Origin: an uncultured cyanobacterium
Lineage (GTDB): Bacteria > Cyanobacteriota > Cyanobacteriia > Pseudanabaenales > Pseudanabaenaceae
DNA length: 64,000 nucleotides
Reading direction: 5' to 3'
NCBI GenBank assembly: GCA_963703315.1
Contig: OY969811.1
Span: forward strand, 1,536,001 to 1,600,000
Each line of letters opens with the position of its first letter. The first letter of the stretch is position 1. A model generated the notes under the pieces. The model saw only the letters and a program-made list of their open reading frames with translations. It made no database searches and was not told the origin of the DNA. This document shows positions 10,211 to 19,539 of the stretch, in pieces. Both the position numbers and the translations under genes were made by a program.

Positions 10211-11335
10211 CTATGGTCTCCCACCAATTACATTTTTATTCCATAGCTCAGACAATGAATATTCTTCTAGCCAATCTTCTAGATCTGCTTCAACTAATCT
10301 TTTAAAAGAAGATTCTCGGTCATTTCTTTCAACAACGATTACGTCTTCTGGTTCAAAACAATCTACTAATAATGGTGATTGAGTTGCTAAAATTACTTGA
10401 CAACGATTAGAAACACCATTAATTAGACTGCCGATGATATCAATAGCATAGGGATGTAATCCTAGTTCTGGCTCATCTAAAATCAAAATATTAGGCAAGG
10501 TGTCGGGCGGTTGTAATAAAAGCGTTACTAAAGCCATTGCTCTTAATGTTCCATCCGATGCTTGATGAGGACTAAAGACTAAATCAGTACCTATTTCCTG
10601 CCATTGTAAAATCACTGTGTTACCCATAGGGTTTAACACGAAATCAGCAAAAAATGGAGCAATTAGTCTAAGGGTTTCTACGATTCTTTGGTAATAACGA
10701 GGTTCATTTTCTCTAAGTCTTAAAAGAAATGGCGCTAAATTTCCAGCATCTTCTTTAAGACATTGATTGTCATCAGCGTTCCACTTTATTTTGAATCTAG
10801 AAGTAGGTGAAGTGTTAAAATTTTGTATCAGGCTAGTGTTAAAATCTTGTATCAGCCTATAGATTTTTTTTGGTGTGAACATTGTAAATTCAAGCAGCTT
10901 TGACTCTCTATGACCTGATAGTAATGTCATCCAATCTGACCAAACATTAAGATGCATGGCATCAAAACTACGATATTTCTCTTCGGCAAATACAAATGTG
11001 TCCAATGCGGCATGAGAAAGTTTAAATGAATAGTCAAATCTATCATTTTTAAAAGCATAGTCAAATTTATCTTTACTGACTTCAAATTCAAGTTTTGATT
11101 CAATTTGAGAAGTAATTTCTGCTCCATCAAATAACAAAGAATTTGCACCTCCTGATTGTGCAACAAAAAGTTGCAATTCACCTTGAGATTGCATCATCCG
11201 ATTCAATAACTTAAAAAAAGAAATAAAATTAGATTTACCTGAACCATTCGCGCCAATTAAAACGTTGATGGGAGATAAATCTAAATCTAGTTCTTTAATT
11301 GATTTAAAGCCTTTAATGCTGATGTGTTTAAGCAT
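10211..11335 (-). CDS. AAA family ATPase (AAA_21/AbiEii-like ABC ATPase)
   Basis: Walker A GANGSGKSN, SDGTLR, Walker B ILDEPELGLHP, QVILATQSP. Confidence 0.9.
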   Translation of the reverse strand: MLKHISIKGFKSIKELDLDLSPINVLIGANGSGKSNFISFFKLLNRMMQSQGELQLFVAQSGGANSLLFDGAEITSQIESKLEFEVSKDKFDYAFKNDRFDYSFKLSHAALDTFVFAEEKYRSFDAMHLNVWSDWMTLLSGHRESKLLEFTMFTPKKIYRLIQDFNTSLIQNFNTSPTSRFKIKWNADDNQCLKEDAGNLAPFLLRLRENEPRYYQRIVETLRLIAPFFADFVLNPMGNTVILQWQEIGTDLVFSPHQASDGTLRAMALVTLLLQPPDTLPNILILDEPELGLHPYAIDIIGSLINGVSNRCQVILATQSPLLVDCFEPEDVIVVERNDRESSFKRLVEADLEDWLEEYSLSELWNKNVIGGRP

Positions 11336-11356
11336 AGCGATCGCACAATTTCACAC

Positions 11357-12676
11357 TTAAGGTTTTACAATCAAAATACCATAAGCATCAGGATTGAGGT
11401 ATTTGCGAACGGCGGCTTGGATGTCCTCTTTGGTGATGGATTTAATTAAATCGGGATAAGTTAAGGCTGGCTCTAGGGAACCGACAATGCGATCGTAATA
11501 GCCATAAATACCAGCGCGTTCTTTCGGTGATTCATTGCCGAAGATAAATCGATTGGTAACTTGGGTACGAATCTTGGCGAGTTCCTCATCGGTGACAGGA
11601 GTTTCGTGCAAGTTGAGAATATGCTCGCGAATTGCTTGCTCAACGATCGCCACATCCTCCACATTCAACTTGGCAAATACTTGGAAATTACCCTGCCAAC
11701 GCATCGCCGAATTACTGACAGAAATGCGATCGACGATGCGCCGATTTTCGCGCAAGTCCTGCACCATCCGCGAAGTGCGCCCACTACCGAGAATATTGGC
11801 AAGAATACTTAAGGGATAGGTTTCCGATAGTTCGTTCAAGCCAGCAACGCGCCATGTCATGCTCAATCTAGCTTGCTTAAGGCTGGTATCGGTTACTTCA
11901 CGCCGCACAATATCTGTAAACGGCTTTTCGGGTGTGAAAGTCTTAGACTGAGGTTTATCAGCGATCGCCTCTCCTTCAAAGTAATTAGCAATCACGCTAA
12001 TCATCTCGCTCACGGGTAGATTGCCAACTACAGAGATCGTCATGTTTTGCGGCGCGTACCATTTGCGATGAAACGATCGCATTTGCTCGGAGGTGACATT
12101 CTCAATTACATCGACTGGTCCCAGCACCGCACGACGATAGGGCAGAGTTTCATAGACTAATTCCGAGATATGGCGATAAATGCGGCGATCGGGATTGTCT
12201 TCACTGCGGCGAATTTCCTCTAGTACTACATGGCGTTCGCGCTGAAACTCTTCATCGGGAATGCTTGCCTTCAGAACTATATCCAGTTGTAAAGGCGCAA
12301 GTTTGGCAAAATCTTTAGGCGCAACATTGATATAAAAATGCGTATAGTCCTGACTGGTAGCCGCATTGGTATTACCACCATGCGACTCGATCGCCTGTTC
12401 AAATTCTCCTAAGCCAAGGCGATCGCTACCCTTGAAAACCATGTGTTCCAAGAAATGCGCCATACCATTGATGTCATCACTCTCTACCGCCGAGCCAACG
12501 TCAACCCAAATACTGAGATTGACCGCATCGACAGGAACCTGTTCGGCAATAATTTTAATGCCGTTGGGCAGAATATGTTGAGTGGGTGCAGATACTGATG
12601 CTTTTGTAGCTAGATCATGGAGTGCATGATCGGTCGCAGATACATCTAACCGACGTGGAATGACGATCGCTGGCAT
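11357..12676 (-). CDS. M16 family (pitrilysin-like) zinc peptidase
   Basis: GMAHFLEHMVFKG (HxxEH), NAATSQDYT, ER.VVLEEIR. Confidence 0.92.
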   Translation of the reverse strand: MPAIVIPRRLDVSATDHALHDLATKASVSAPTQHILPNGIKIIAEQVPVDAVNLSIWVDVGSAVESDDINGMAHFLEHMVFKGSDRLGLGEFEQAIESHGGNTNAATSQDYTHFYINVAPKDFAKLAPLQLDIVLKASIPDEEFQRERHVVLEEIRRSEDNPDRRIYRHISELVYETLPYRRAVLGPVDVIENVTSEQMRSFHRKWYAPQNMTISVVGNLPVSEMISVIANYFEGEAIADKPQSKTFTPEKPFTDIVRREVTDTSLKQARLSMTWRVAGLNELSETYPLSILANILGSGRTSRMVQDLRENRRIVDRISVSNSAMRWQGNFQVFAKLNVEDVAIVEQAIREHILNLHETPVTDEELAKIRTQVTNRFIFGNESPKERAGIYGYYDRIVGSLEPALTYPDLIKSITKEDIQAAVRKYLNPDAYGILIVKP

Positions 12677-12790
12677 AACAGTATAAAATTTTACTAAGGT
12701 TTTTATTAAAAAAATTGAGATAAAGAAAATATAAATAAAAATTTTTGTTTTTTATTATATTAAAACTTGCTTAGCGAAATTTTTTGATGT

Positions 12791-13798
12791 TTACATCTGT
12801 TCTAATGCCCGCAGCTTATAATAAGCTTCTCGCAATGGCAAGCTAGAGTTATCTTCTAGCATAGCAGCAAAATCATAGGATTCTTGGTAAGCTGCGCGTG
12901 CTTTTGGCAAATTTCCAAAAGAAAGGTACAAATCCCCCAAATATCGCTGCACGATCGCCGCTGTTTCCTGATCACCCATCACCAAAGCTAAACTAGAACG
13001 ATTTTGCAATAAGTCTTCGATGCGATAAAAATTAGGAACTTCAAGATAAGCCGCAATAATGCGATCGCTAGCAACTGCCATCAGTTTGTAATTGCGATAT
13101 TGACGGGCGATCGTCAGCGCCATGCCATAGTCTGTGATTGCTGCTTTGTAATCATCTAGAGCCATCCGACTATCACCACTATTAATATGGACATAGCCTT
13201 CACCGATCGCTTCACGGATGGGATATCGTTTGATGGCGGCGTAATGTTGCTTGATCGCCTCTAAATGATCACCATAGCGTCCTGCAATCAAACCTTTGTT
13301 GTTTAAGGCGATCGCGGTGTTGAGTCCTTGATCATTTGCTAGGGACAAAGCAAGAGTGTCTTTGTTCAATTTTGCAGAGGATTCTAATTTGTTTTGGGCA
13401 ATCTCAAAACTGACTAAATTGTTTGAGCTTTCAATCTTTGCCCCATTATCGTGCAAGGTATTGGCATAGCGGATTCTTTGCCGCAGTGTGTCTTGAGCCG
13501 CATTGCTTGCCCCCAATAGTTCATAAGCATCGCTTATCCTTGCCAAAGTGTAGGAAATTGAGGCTTGGTCATTGACTCGACGGTAATAGCCGATCGCATA
13601 GAGCCACGTCTTAATTGCTTCACGAGGTTTACCATCCTTGAGTTGGTCGTAGCCAACATCCAGCAAGCGATCGGCTTCATCACGTACCGTCCGATTGTTT
13701 GGATTGACCGTTACTTGTTGGGACTGTACTGGTACTGGCACAACAATCGCCCCCACAAAGACAGCTAAGATGGTTGCTCCCAGATGGGCAATTGACAT
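12791..13798 (-). CDS. Secreted tetratricopeptide-repeat-like protein
   Basis: Signal-peptide-like N-terminus, EADRLL, TPR-like helices (ALNNKGL, LGDLYLSFGNL.KA...YQ); start uncertain (13849/13819/13798). Confidence 0.7.
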   Translation of the reverse strand: MSIAHLGATILAVFVGAIVVPVPVQSQQVTVNPNNRTVRDEADRLLDVGYDQLKDGKPREAIKTWLYAIGYYRRVNDQASISYTLARISDAYELLGASNAAQDTLRQRIRYANTLHDNGAKIESSNNLVSFEIAQNKLESSAKLNKDTLALSLANDQGLNTAIALNNKGLIAGRYGDHLEAIKQHYAAIKRYPIREAIGEGYVHINSGDSRMALDDYKAAITDYGMALTIARQYRNYKLMAVASDRIIAAYLEVPNFYRIEDLLQNRSSLALVMGDQETAAIVQRYLGDLYLSFGNLPKARAAYQESYDFAAMLEDNSSLPLREAYYKLRALEQM

Positions 13799-13928
13799 TT
13801 TCTGACGCTTTCTATACATATCCCTACATCCTCTGCAAAAGGTGCACACATTGTAGCGATATAAAAGCTGTTTTTTCTAGAAGTTTTCTGACATTTTCTG
13901 ACTTTTTAAGAATTATCCCAAAACTAAA

Positions 13929-14018
13929 CCAGAAGACGAGTTGCGCTGCAACTCGTCTTCTGAAACCCAAACCCGTAAAGTTGCGCCCCTGTGGGGCGCA
14001 ACTTTACGGGTTTGGGTT
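13929..14018. repeat. Two tandem palindromic hairpins
   Basis: cagaagacgagttgc-gct-gcaactcgtcttctg and aacccaaacccgtaaagttgcgcccc-tgt-ggggcgcaactttacgggtttgggtt; the second includes the stop of the ABC gene. Confidence 0.85.
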
Positions 14019-15164
14019 ATATGGATGATGCAAAGTAACGCCTGATTGAGCATCAAATCCATAGAGTTTTTTGAGGTCAAACTTCCAAAAACTGCGATCG
14101 CCAATTTGCCAATGATGCTCTAAACCTACATCAGCAGAAACTCGCGCTCTCAAATCTTGATCTTGCAGTTTTAACAACACAATTGTTTCTGAACCCAGCG
14201 CTTCGACTAGCTCTACCGTACCTTCAAGATGCGCCTCATCGATATTCGCAGGCTGCAAATCTTCAGGGCGAAATCCTAAAATAAATGGGGAATTACTCTC
14301 AATACTACTAATTGGTAAATCATGAAGGGCGATCGCCTTGAGCAAATTTTCACTCGATAAATCGCGATTACGATCAATCTGCACAGGCAAAAAATTCATC
14401 GGTGGTGAACCCATAAACCCTGCCACAAAAACATTTGCAGGTTTACGGTAAATATTCAGAGGCGTATCCACTTGCTGAATATCACCTTTATTTAAAACTA
14501 CAATCCGATCGCCCATTGTCATGGCTTCGACTTGATCATGCGTGACATAGATCGTAGTTACTTGCAACTGCTTTTGTAACTGCACAATTTGCGATCGCGT
14601 ATCACTGCGTAATTGAGCATCGAGATTCGATAAAGGCTCATCCATCAGAAACACTTGGGGATTACGAGCGATCGCCCGTCCGAGCGCAACTCGTTGCTTC
14701 TGCCCACCCGATAATTCCTTCGGCTTACGATTTAGTAAATGGGAAATTTGCAGAGAGTCCGCAACTTGCTGCACTCTTTGTTCGATTTCGCTACGTTGTT
14801 TTTGATTAGTCGGTGATAGCCAAGCTAGGGGTGATGAATTTGGCGATCGCTGCCTCCTCAATCCAAAAGCAATATTGTTGTAAACCGTCATGTGCGGATA
14901 CAGCGCATAACTTTGAAATACCATCGCAATATCGCGCACCTTAGGCGGCAGATGATTAATTTGGCGATCGCCTAGATATATAGAACCATCAGTTACTTCT
15001 TCTAAACCCGCAATTAGCCGCAGCAAAGTACTTTTGCCACATCCTGAAGGACCTACTAAAACCAGAAATTCGCGATCGGCAACCTCTAGATCAATTTCAT
15101 GCAGAACCGTATTTTGTCCAAATTTCTTAGTAACACTACACAACCGAACAGGAGCCATCGCCAA
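14004..15164 (-). CDS. Sugar ABC transporter ATP-binding protein (MalK/UgpC-like)
   Basis: GPSGCGKST, VFQSYALYPH, LSGGQKQRVALGRA, FLMDEPLSNLDA, YVTHDQVEAMT. Confidence 0.93.
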   Translation of the reverse strand: MAMAPVRLCSVTKKFGQNTVLHEIDLEVADREFLVLVGPSGCGKSTLLRLIAGLEEVTDGSIYLGDRQINHLPPKVRDIAMVFQSYALYPHMTVYNNIAFGLRRQRSPNSSPLAWLSPTNQKQRSEIEQRVQQVADSLQISHLLNRKPKELSGGQKQRVALGRAIARNPQVFLMDEPLSNLDAQLRSDTRSQIVQLQKQLQVTTIYVTHDQVEAMTMGDRIVVLNKGDIQQVDTPLNIYRKPANVFVAGFMGSPPMNFLPVQIDRNRDLSSENLLKAIALHDLPISSIESNSPFILGFRPEDLQPANIDEAHLEGTVELVEALGSETIVLLKLQDQDLRARVSADVGLEHHWQIGDRSFWKFDLKKLYGFDAQSGVTLHHPYNPNP

Positions 15165-15235
15165 ATATCCTAAAGATAAACCCTAAAATCAACCTGACTG
15201 ATTTTAGCTCTAAATCCTACTTCCTTCCCAGTGAA

Positions 15236-15415
15236 TATAGCGCTTTTCAAGGAAGCGAGGTATGGAGGATTGTTTCCCCGCCAAAGGCGGGGAAACAATT
15301 CCGTATTGCACTTTTTCCTATTAACACATAAACCCCAAAAGAGAGTTGCGGTGCGAAGCACCGCAACTCTCTTTTGGGGTTTGGTTTTGTCCTAACATAA
15401 CTGACTCCAGCTATA
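15236..15415. mobile_element. MITE-like composite element, TATAGC...GCTATA ends, two internal hairpins
   Basis: Left part matches 32859-32926 in inverted orientation; hairpins ggattgtttccccgcc-aaa-ggcggggaaacaattcc and 15330-15382. Confidence 0.55.
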
Positions 15416-15471
15416 TGTGTCATTGAGTCCGAAAATATGGCAAATTAAAGAATCAGATCAGAATTGTAAAC

Positions 15472-15586
15472 TATAGCTGTTGCCAGTCTGGTTAGAACCT
15501 AAACCCAGAAGACGAGTAGCGACACAACGCGCCGCCACTCGCTTCTTAGGTTTTGATTTGTTCTAATGCAAATAACGACAGCTATA
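15472..15586. mobile_element. MITE-like element with terminal inverted repeats tatagctgt...acagctata
   Basis: Internal hairpin aaacccagaagacgagt...actcgcttcttaggttt similar to 16661-16715 and 13929-13963. Confidence 0.55.
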
Positions 15587-15614
15587 CCTATAGTGATAAA
15601 CGAAGTTAAACTTA

Positions 15615-16598
15615 ATGACATTAAAAGTTGGAATTTTAGGATTTGGTGGATTAGGGCAGGCGGCAGCGAAGTTGCTTAGTGCTAAGCAAGAAATGCAGCT
15701 AGTTGTAGCGGCGGACAAAGAAGGCTTTGCCTATGACCCACAAGGGCTAAATGCGACTGAAGCGATCGCCGCTTACCAAAGTAAAGGCTCACTGGGTTAT
15801 CTCAAAGGATCAGGCATTCTTACCCAAGACAGTATCGCTGAGGCGATCGCAAAGGCAAAAGATGTTGATGGTTATTTCTTAGCATTGCCTAACTTGCCTA
15901 ATACTTTCATGGCAAGCGTTGCTAAGCAATTCATCACTTCAGGTTGGAAAGGTGTGCTAGTTGATGCGATCAAACGTACTAGCGCCGTTGAACAGATGAT
16001 TACCCTTGCTCCAGAACTAGAAGCCGCAGGGATTACCTATATGTCTGGTTGTGGCGCAACTCCCGGTTTGTTGACGGCGGCGGCAGCGATCGCGGCTCAG
16101 AGCTTTGCGGAAGTTCACAAGGTGGAAATTACTTTCGGAGTCGGTATTGCCAACTGGAATGCTTACCGAGCAACTATCCGTGAAGATATCGCGCATATGT
16201 CAGGTTATACCGTTGATATGGCGCAAGCGATGACCGATGCAGAAGTAGAAGCATTACTGGAAAAGACCAATGGTTTAATCTCGTTGGAAAATATGGAACA
16301 CGCTGATGACATCATGCTCGAACGTGTAGGTATTTGCGATCGCGATCGCGTTACTGTTGGTGGTGTCGTCGATACTCGCAATCCCAAGAAGCCTCTTAGC
16401 ACGAATATGAAGCTGACAGGGCGCACTTTTGAGGGCAAAATTTCGACACACACCTTCACCCTCGGCGATGAAACCAGCATGGCAGCGAATGTTTGTGGTC
16501 CTGCCTTTGGCTATCTCAAAGCTGGCAAGCAATTCCATCAACGCGGTATTTATGGTCTGATGACCGCCGCCGAAGTGATGCCTGCTTTCGTTCGTTAA
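15615..16598 (+). CDS. bioU: (S)-8-amino-7-oxononanoate synthase BioU (biotin synthesis)
   Basis: Rossmann [67 protein letters not shown]. Confidence 0.8.
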   Translation: MTLKVGILGFGGLGQAAAKLLSAKQEMQLVVAADKEGFAYDPQGLNATEAIAAYQSKGSLGYLKGSGILTQDSIAEAIAKAKDVDGYFLALPNLPNTFMASVAKQFITSGWKGVLVDAIKRTSAVEQMITLAPELEAAGITYMSGCGATPGLLTAAAAIAAQSFAEVHKVEITFGVGIANWNAYRATIREDIAHMSGYTVDMAQAMTDAEVEALLEKTNGLISLENMEHADDIMLERVGICDRDRVTVGGVVDTRNPKKPLSTNMKLTGRTFEGKISTHTFTLGDETSMAANVCGPAFGYLKAGKQFHQRGIYGLMTAAEVMPAFVR

Positions 16599-16605
16599 GC
16601 AAGAT

Positions 16606-16633
16606 GTAGGGGCAATTCATGAGTTGACCTTAC
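16606..16633. repeat. GTAG-type REP-like palindrome
   Basis: gtaggggcaattcatgagttgaccttac; related copies at 31861-31888 and ~62561-62584. Confidence 0.6.
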
Positions 16634-16660
16634 ATTTGTTCTTAGAATTGGTGGCTATGT

Positions 16661-16752
16661 AAACCCAAGAAGACGAGTGACGGCGCGAAGCGCCGTCACT
16701 CGTCTTCTTGGGTTTTGATTTTTCCTAATGAAGGCAAATGGCGATCGCTATA
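16661..16752. repeat. Palindromic MITE-like element (gc-GAA-gc core)
   Basis: aaacccaagaagacgagtgacggcgc-gaa-gcgccgtcactcgtcttcttgggttt followed by a tail ending gctata. Confidence 0.7.
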
Positions 16753-16835
16753 TGATGGAAAACTAAATTATGTTAGATTGCCAAGAAATTTTTGATAGTC
16801 TGACATAATTAGTTTAATTATTCATCTTGTCAATA

Positions 16836-18017
16836 ATGCGATTGTATAAATTTTTCAAGATTCTATCTCTGCTATCTACAATTTATTTGTCTATAAGTAG
16901 CTCAGCAGCTTTGGCAAGAGCGCAAGATAAAAAGATAAAAGTATTGCAAGAACAAAGAGAACAGAAAAATGACTTTCCAGTTCTAGATGATTCGCAATTT
17001 GTACCATTGCAAGATCTTGAAAAATTATTAAATAGAGAACAAAGCATTATTTTAGCTTCGCCTAGTAAACTTAATCCTAGTTTACGAATACCAGATCCTG
17101 AACCTATACCTATTGAGAAGCCGACGATAGCGCCAAAAAAAGAATCTGCGATGATAGATTATGCAGTTCTTGATAGTATGACTACAAACTTCCAAAATGA
17201 TGATGATGGGAATGGACAACGTAGCCAAATTATAGAACCAGATTGGAAATGGCGTTTTAAAGATGGAACTATAATTGGTTTTCAAACAGGATTTAATTCT
17301 TTTGACTTAGCAGGCAAAAAATCAATATACAATTTTCCATTACAGTTTAGTGTCGAGAAAAAGCTGGGTTCTCTTAATCTCAATGTGCGTGGGGGAATCG
17401 ATGTTTACGATCGCTTGCCAACGACAGCAAACTTTGAACTTAATGCGAGTCTGCCTGTGTTCGATGGGGTGACATTATTTGGTGTTTTAGAGCAGAAACC
17501 CTATAAAGCAAATGTAGATACCATTGAGAGTCAACTTAAAACTCGTAGATTTGGTCCGAATATTTATTGGCAAATTGATCCAGATACTAGTTTATTTTCG
17601 TTATATCGTTGGGGTAACTATAGCGATGGAAATAACGATCAATTGTCTTTTAGTCGTTTAGAGCGCAAATTTGGTCAGTTTGCGATCGCTGCAAATTTAT
17701 TTACTTGGTTTTATGATCGCGAATCCCAGCCCAATATTTACTTTTCGCCTAGAGATTTTCTGGTATATACTGGCGAACTATCTTGGCAGGGCGATATATT
17801 TGATTTTTTAAACTGTAAATTAGCGATTAGTGCAGGAGAGCAACGACTTAATAGTAGTTTTACCCCTGCAAATAGTTATCAAGCAAAATGTACAGTCAAA
17901 GTATTGCCTAATATTGAGATGGATTTAGGGTACTTGTCCAGTAATGTCCAGAAATCTACTGGTGGTCTGAGTTATCAGAATGCAACAATCTCTGGACAGT
18001 TAAGAATGAAATTTTAA
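16836..18017 (+). CDS. Putative outer-membrane beta-barrel protein (polysaccharide export porin-like)
   Basis: Signal peptide, amphipathic beta-strand pattern, YFSP motif reminiscent of BcsC/PgaA barrels, C-terminal Phe (GQLRMKF). Confidence 0.55.
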   Translation: MRLYKFFKILSLLSTIYLSISSSAALARAQDKKIKVLQEQREQKNDFPVLDDSQFVPLQDLEKLLNREQSIILASPSKLNPSLRIPDPEPIPIEKPTIAPKKESAMIDYAVLDSMTTNFQNDDDGNGQRSQIIEPDWKWRFKDGTIIGFQTGFNSFDLAGKKSIYNFPLQFSVEKKLGSLNLNVRGGIDVYDRLPTTANFELNASLPVFDGVTLFGVLEQKPYKANVDTIESQLKTRRFGPNIYWQIDPDTSLFSLYRWGNYSDGNNDQLSFSRLERKFGQFAIAANLFTWFYDRESQPNIYFSPRDFLVYTGELSWQGDIFDFLNCKLAISAGEQRLNSSFTPANSYQAKCTVKVLPNIEMDLGYLSSNVQKSTGGLSYQNATISGQLRMKF

Positions 18018-18031
18018 CCAAGAAATGATAA

Positions 18032-19165
18032 ATGTTACAAATTTTAGTAATTGATGATGATCTCGTCATGCGGATGGTTCTAAAAAATACCCTTCAAGAG
18101 CAGGGCTATGGAGTAATCGTTGCTAAAAATGGTAAGGAAGGAATTGAACTTGCTCAAAAACATCATCCTGCTTTAGTTATATGTGATTGGTTGATGCCTG
18201 ATGTTGATGGGTTAGAGGTCTGCTCTCAAATCAAGCAAGAATCTAGTCTTTCTTCCACTTTCTTTATCTTATTGACTTCACGGAGTGCCGTAGAAGATAA
18301 AGTTAAGGCACTCGATAGTGGAGCCGATGACTTTCTCTCAAAACCGATTGAAAAAATTGAATTGATTGCTAGTGTGCGGGCAGGTTTGAGGTTATACCAA
18401 CTCAATCAAGATTTGCAATTACAAAAGCAGTTATTAGAATCAGAACTCAATGAAGCCAGTGAATATGTCAAATCACTTCTGCCCGTAAGTTTAGAAGGAG
18501 ATGTAAATATTCTCACTCAGTTCATTCCTTCTAGTCAATTAGGAGGCGATTGCTATGATTTCTATTGGCTTGATCCTGATCATTTAGTGATTTATTTAAT
18601 TGATACCTCTGGGCATGGTGTGGGATCGGCTTTGCTGTCGATTTCGATTTTGAATCTATTACGATCGCAGTCCTTTGGCAAAGAGAAACTCTACGATCCC
18701 AGTGCTGTGATGACTGAACTCAATCATTCTTTTCAGATGAGTCAGCAAGGGGGGCGTTATTTTACGATGTGGTATGGGGTCTACCAGCGATCGCAACGTC
18801 AATTAGTTTATGCCAATGCAGGACATCCCCCAGCCTTGTTAGCTGTTGGTAATGATAATTCGCAATTACAGCAATTACCGAGCCTGAGTATGCCGATTGG
18901 GTTTTTTCCTGATATTGAATATGCAAGTGCGGAATTAGCGATCGCGCCCAATAGTAGCCTTTATGTTTTTAGTGATGGTATTTTTGAGGTGATGCAAGCA
19001 GAGCACAAAATTTGGGGACTACCAAAATTTATTGATTTGCTAACCCATGAGCTTCCAACTAATACGGCGATTAGTGCAAATTGGGTACGACAATGTATTC
19101 GTAGGGAGACCCCCGATGCTGATTTTGAAGATGATGTTTCGCTCTTGCAAATTAATTTTAGCTAG
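18032..19165 (+). CDS. Response regulator with SpoIIE/PP2C phosphatase output (RsbU/RsbP-like)
   Basis: REC ILVIDDD..VICDWLMP..KP; PP2C LGGDCYD, DTSGHG, NAGHPP, FSDGIFE, EDDVSLL. Confidence 0.92.
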   Translation: MLQILVIDDDLVMRMVLKNTLQEQGYGVIVAKNGKEGIELAQKHHPALVICDWLMPDVDGLEVCSQIKQESSLSSTFFILLTSRSAVEDKVKALDSGADDFLSKPIEKIELIASVRAGLRLYQLNQDLQLQKQLLESELNEASEYVKSLLPVSLEGDVNILTQFIPSSQLGGDCYDFYWLDPDHLVIYLIDTSGHGVGSALLSISILNLLRSQSFGKEKLYDPSAVMTELNHSFQMSQQGGRYFTMWYGVYQRSQRQLVYANAGHPPALLAVGNDNSQLQQLPSLSMPIGFFPDIEYASAELAIAPNSSLYVFSDGIFEVMQAEHKIWGLPKFIDLLTHELPTNTAISANWVRQCIRRETPDADFEDDVSLLQINFS

Positions 19166-19482
19166 TCTTGAATAGCTAAATCGAAGGCAGCGCGGTCAGG
19201 TAAGATATCGAAAATTTTATCCATTTTAGTTAATTCTAAAATGATGCTGACCTGATCATTGAGAGAACAAAGATAAAGCTGTGCTTCTTGTTTGCGGACT
19301 TGTTGCAGGGTGGCAACCAGCGCTCCCAGTCCTGAACTATCCATAAAAGTAATATTGCTGAAATCAATCAAGATTGCCTCTACGCCTAAGTTAAGCAGAT
19401 CACTAATCTCACGGCGGAGTTGTGTGCCACCTGCACTATCGATCAAGCCTTCAGGTGCTAATACTTTTGATGATTTAGTCAT
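19162..19482 (-). CDS. STAS-domain anti-sigma-factor antagonist
   Basis: IDFSNITFMDSSGLGALV, LELTKMDKIF. Confidence 0.92.
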   Translation of the reverse strand: MTKSSKVLAPEGLIDSAGGTQLRREISDLLNLGVEAILIDFSNITFMDSSGLGALVATLQQVRKQEAQLYLCSLNDQVSIILELTKMDKIFDILPDRAAFDLAIQD

Positions 19483-19539
19483 GATTGATTTCCTTGAAAT
19501 TGATGATTGATGAGATCCAGTACTTTATACTGCATTTTG

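Noticed and set aside
15170..15361. 63-aa ORF, and similar short ORFs at 13774, 32761, 41526, 43214 and 53191
   Set aside because: They run through palindromic repeat elements or overlap real genes and show no protein-family signal.
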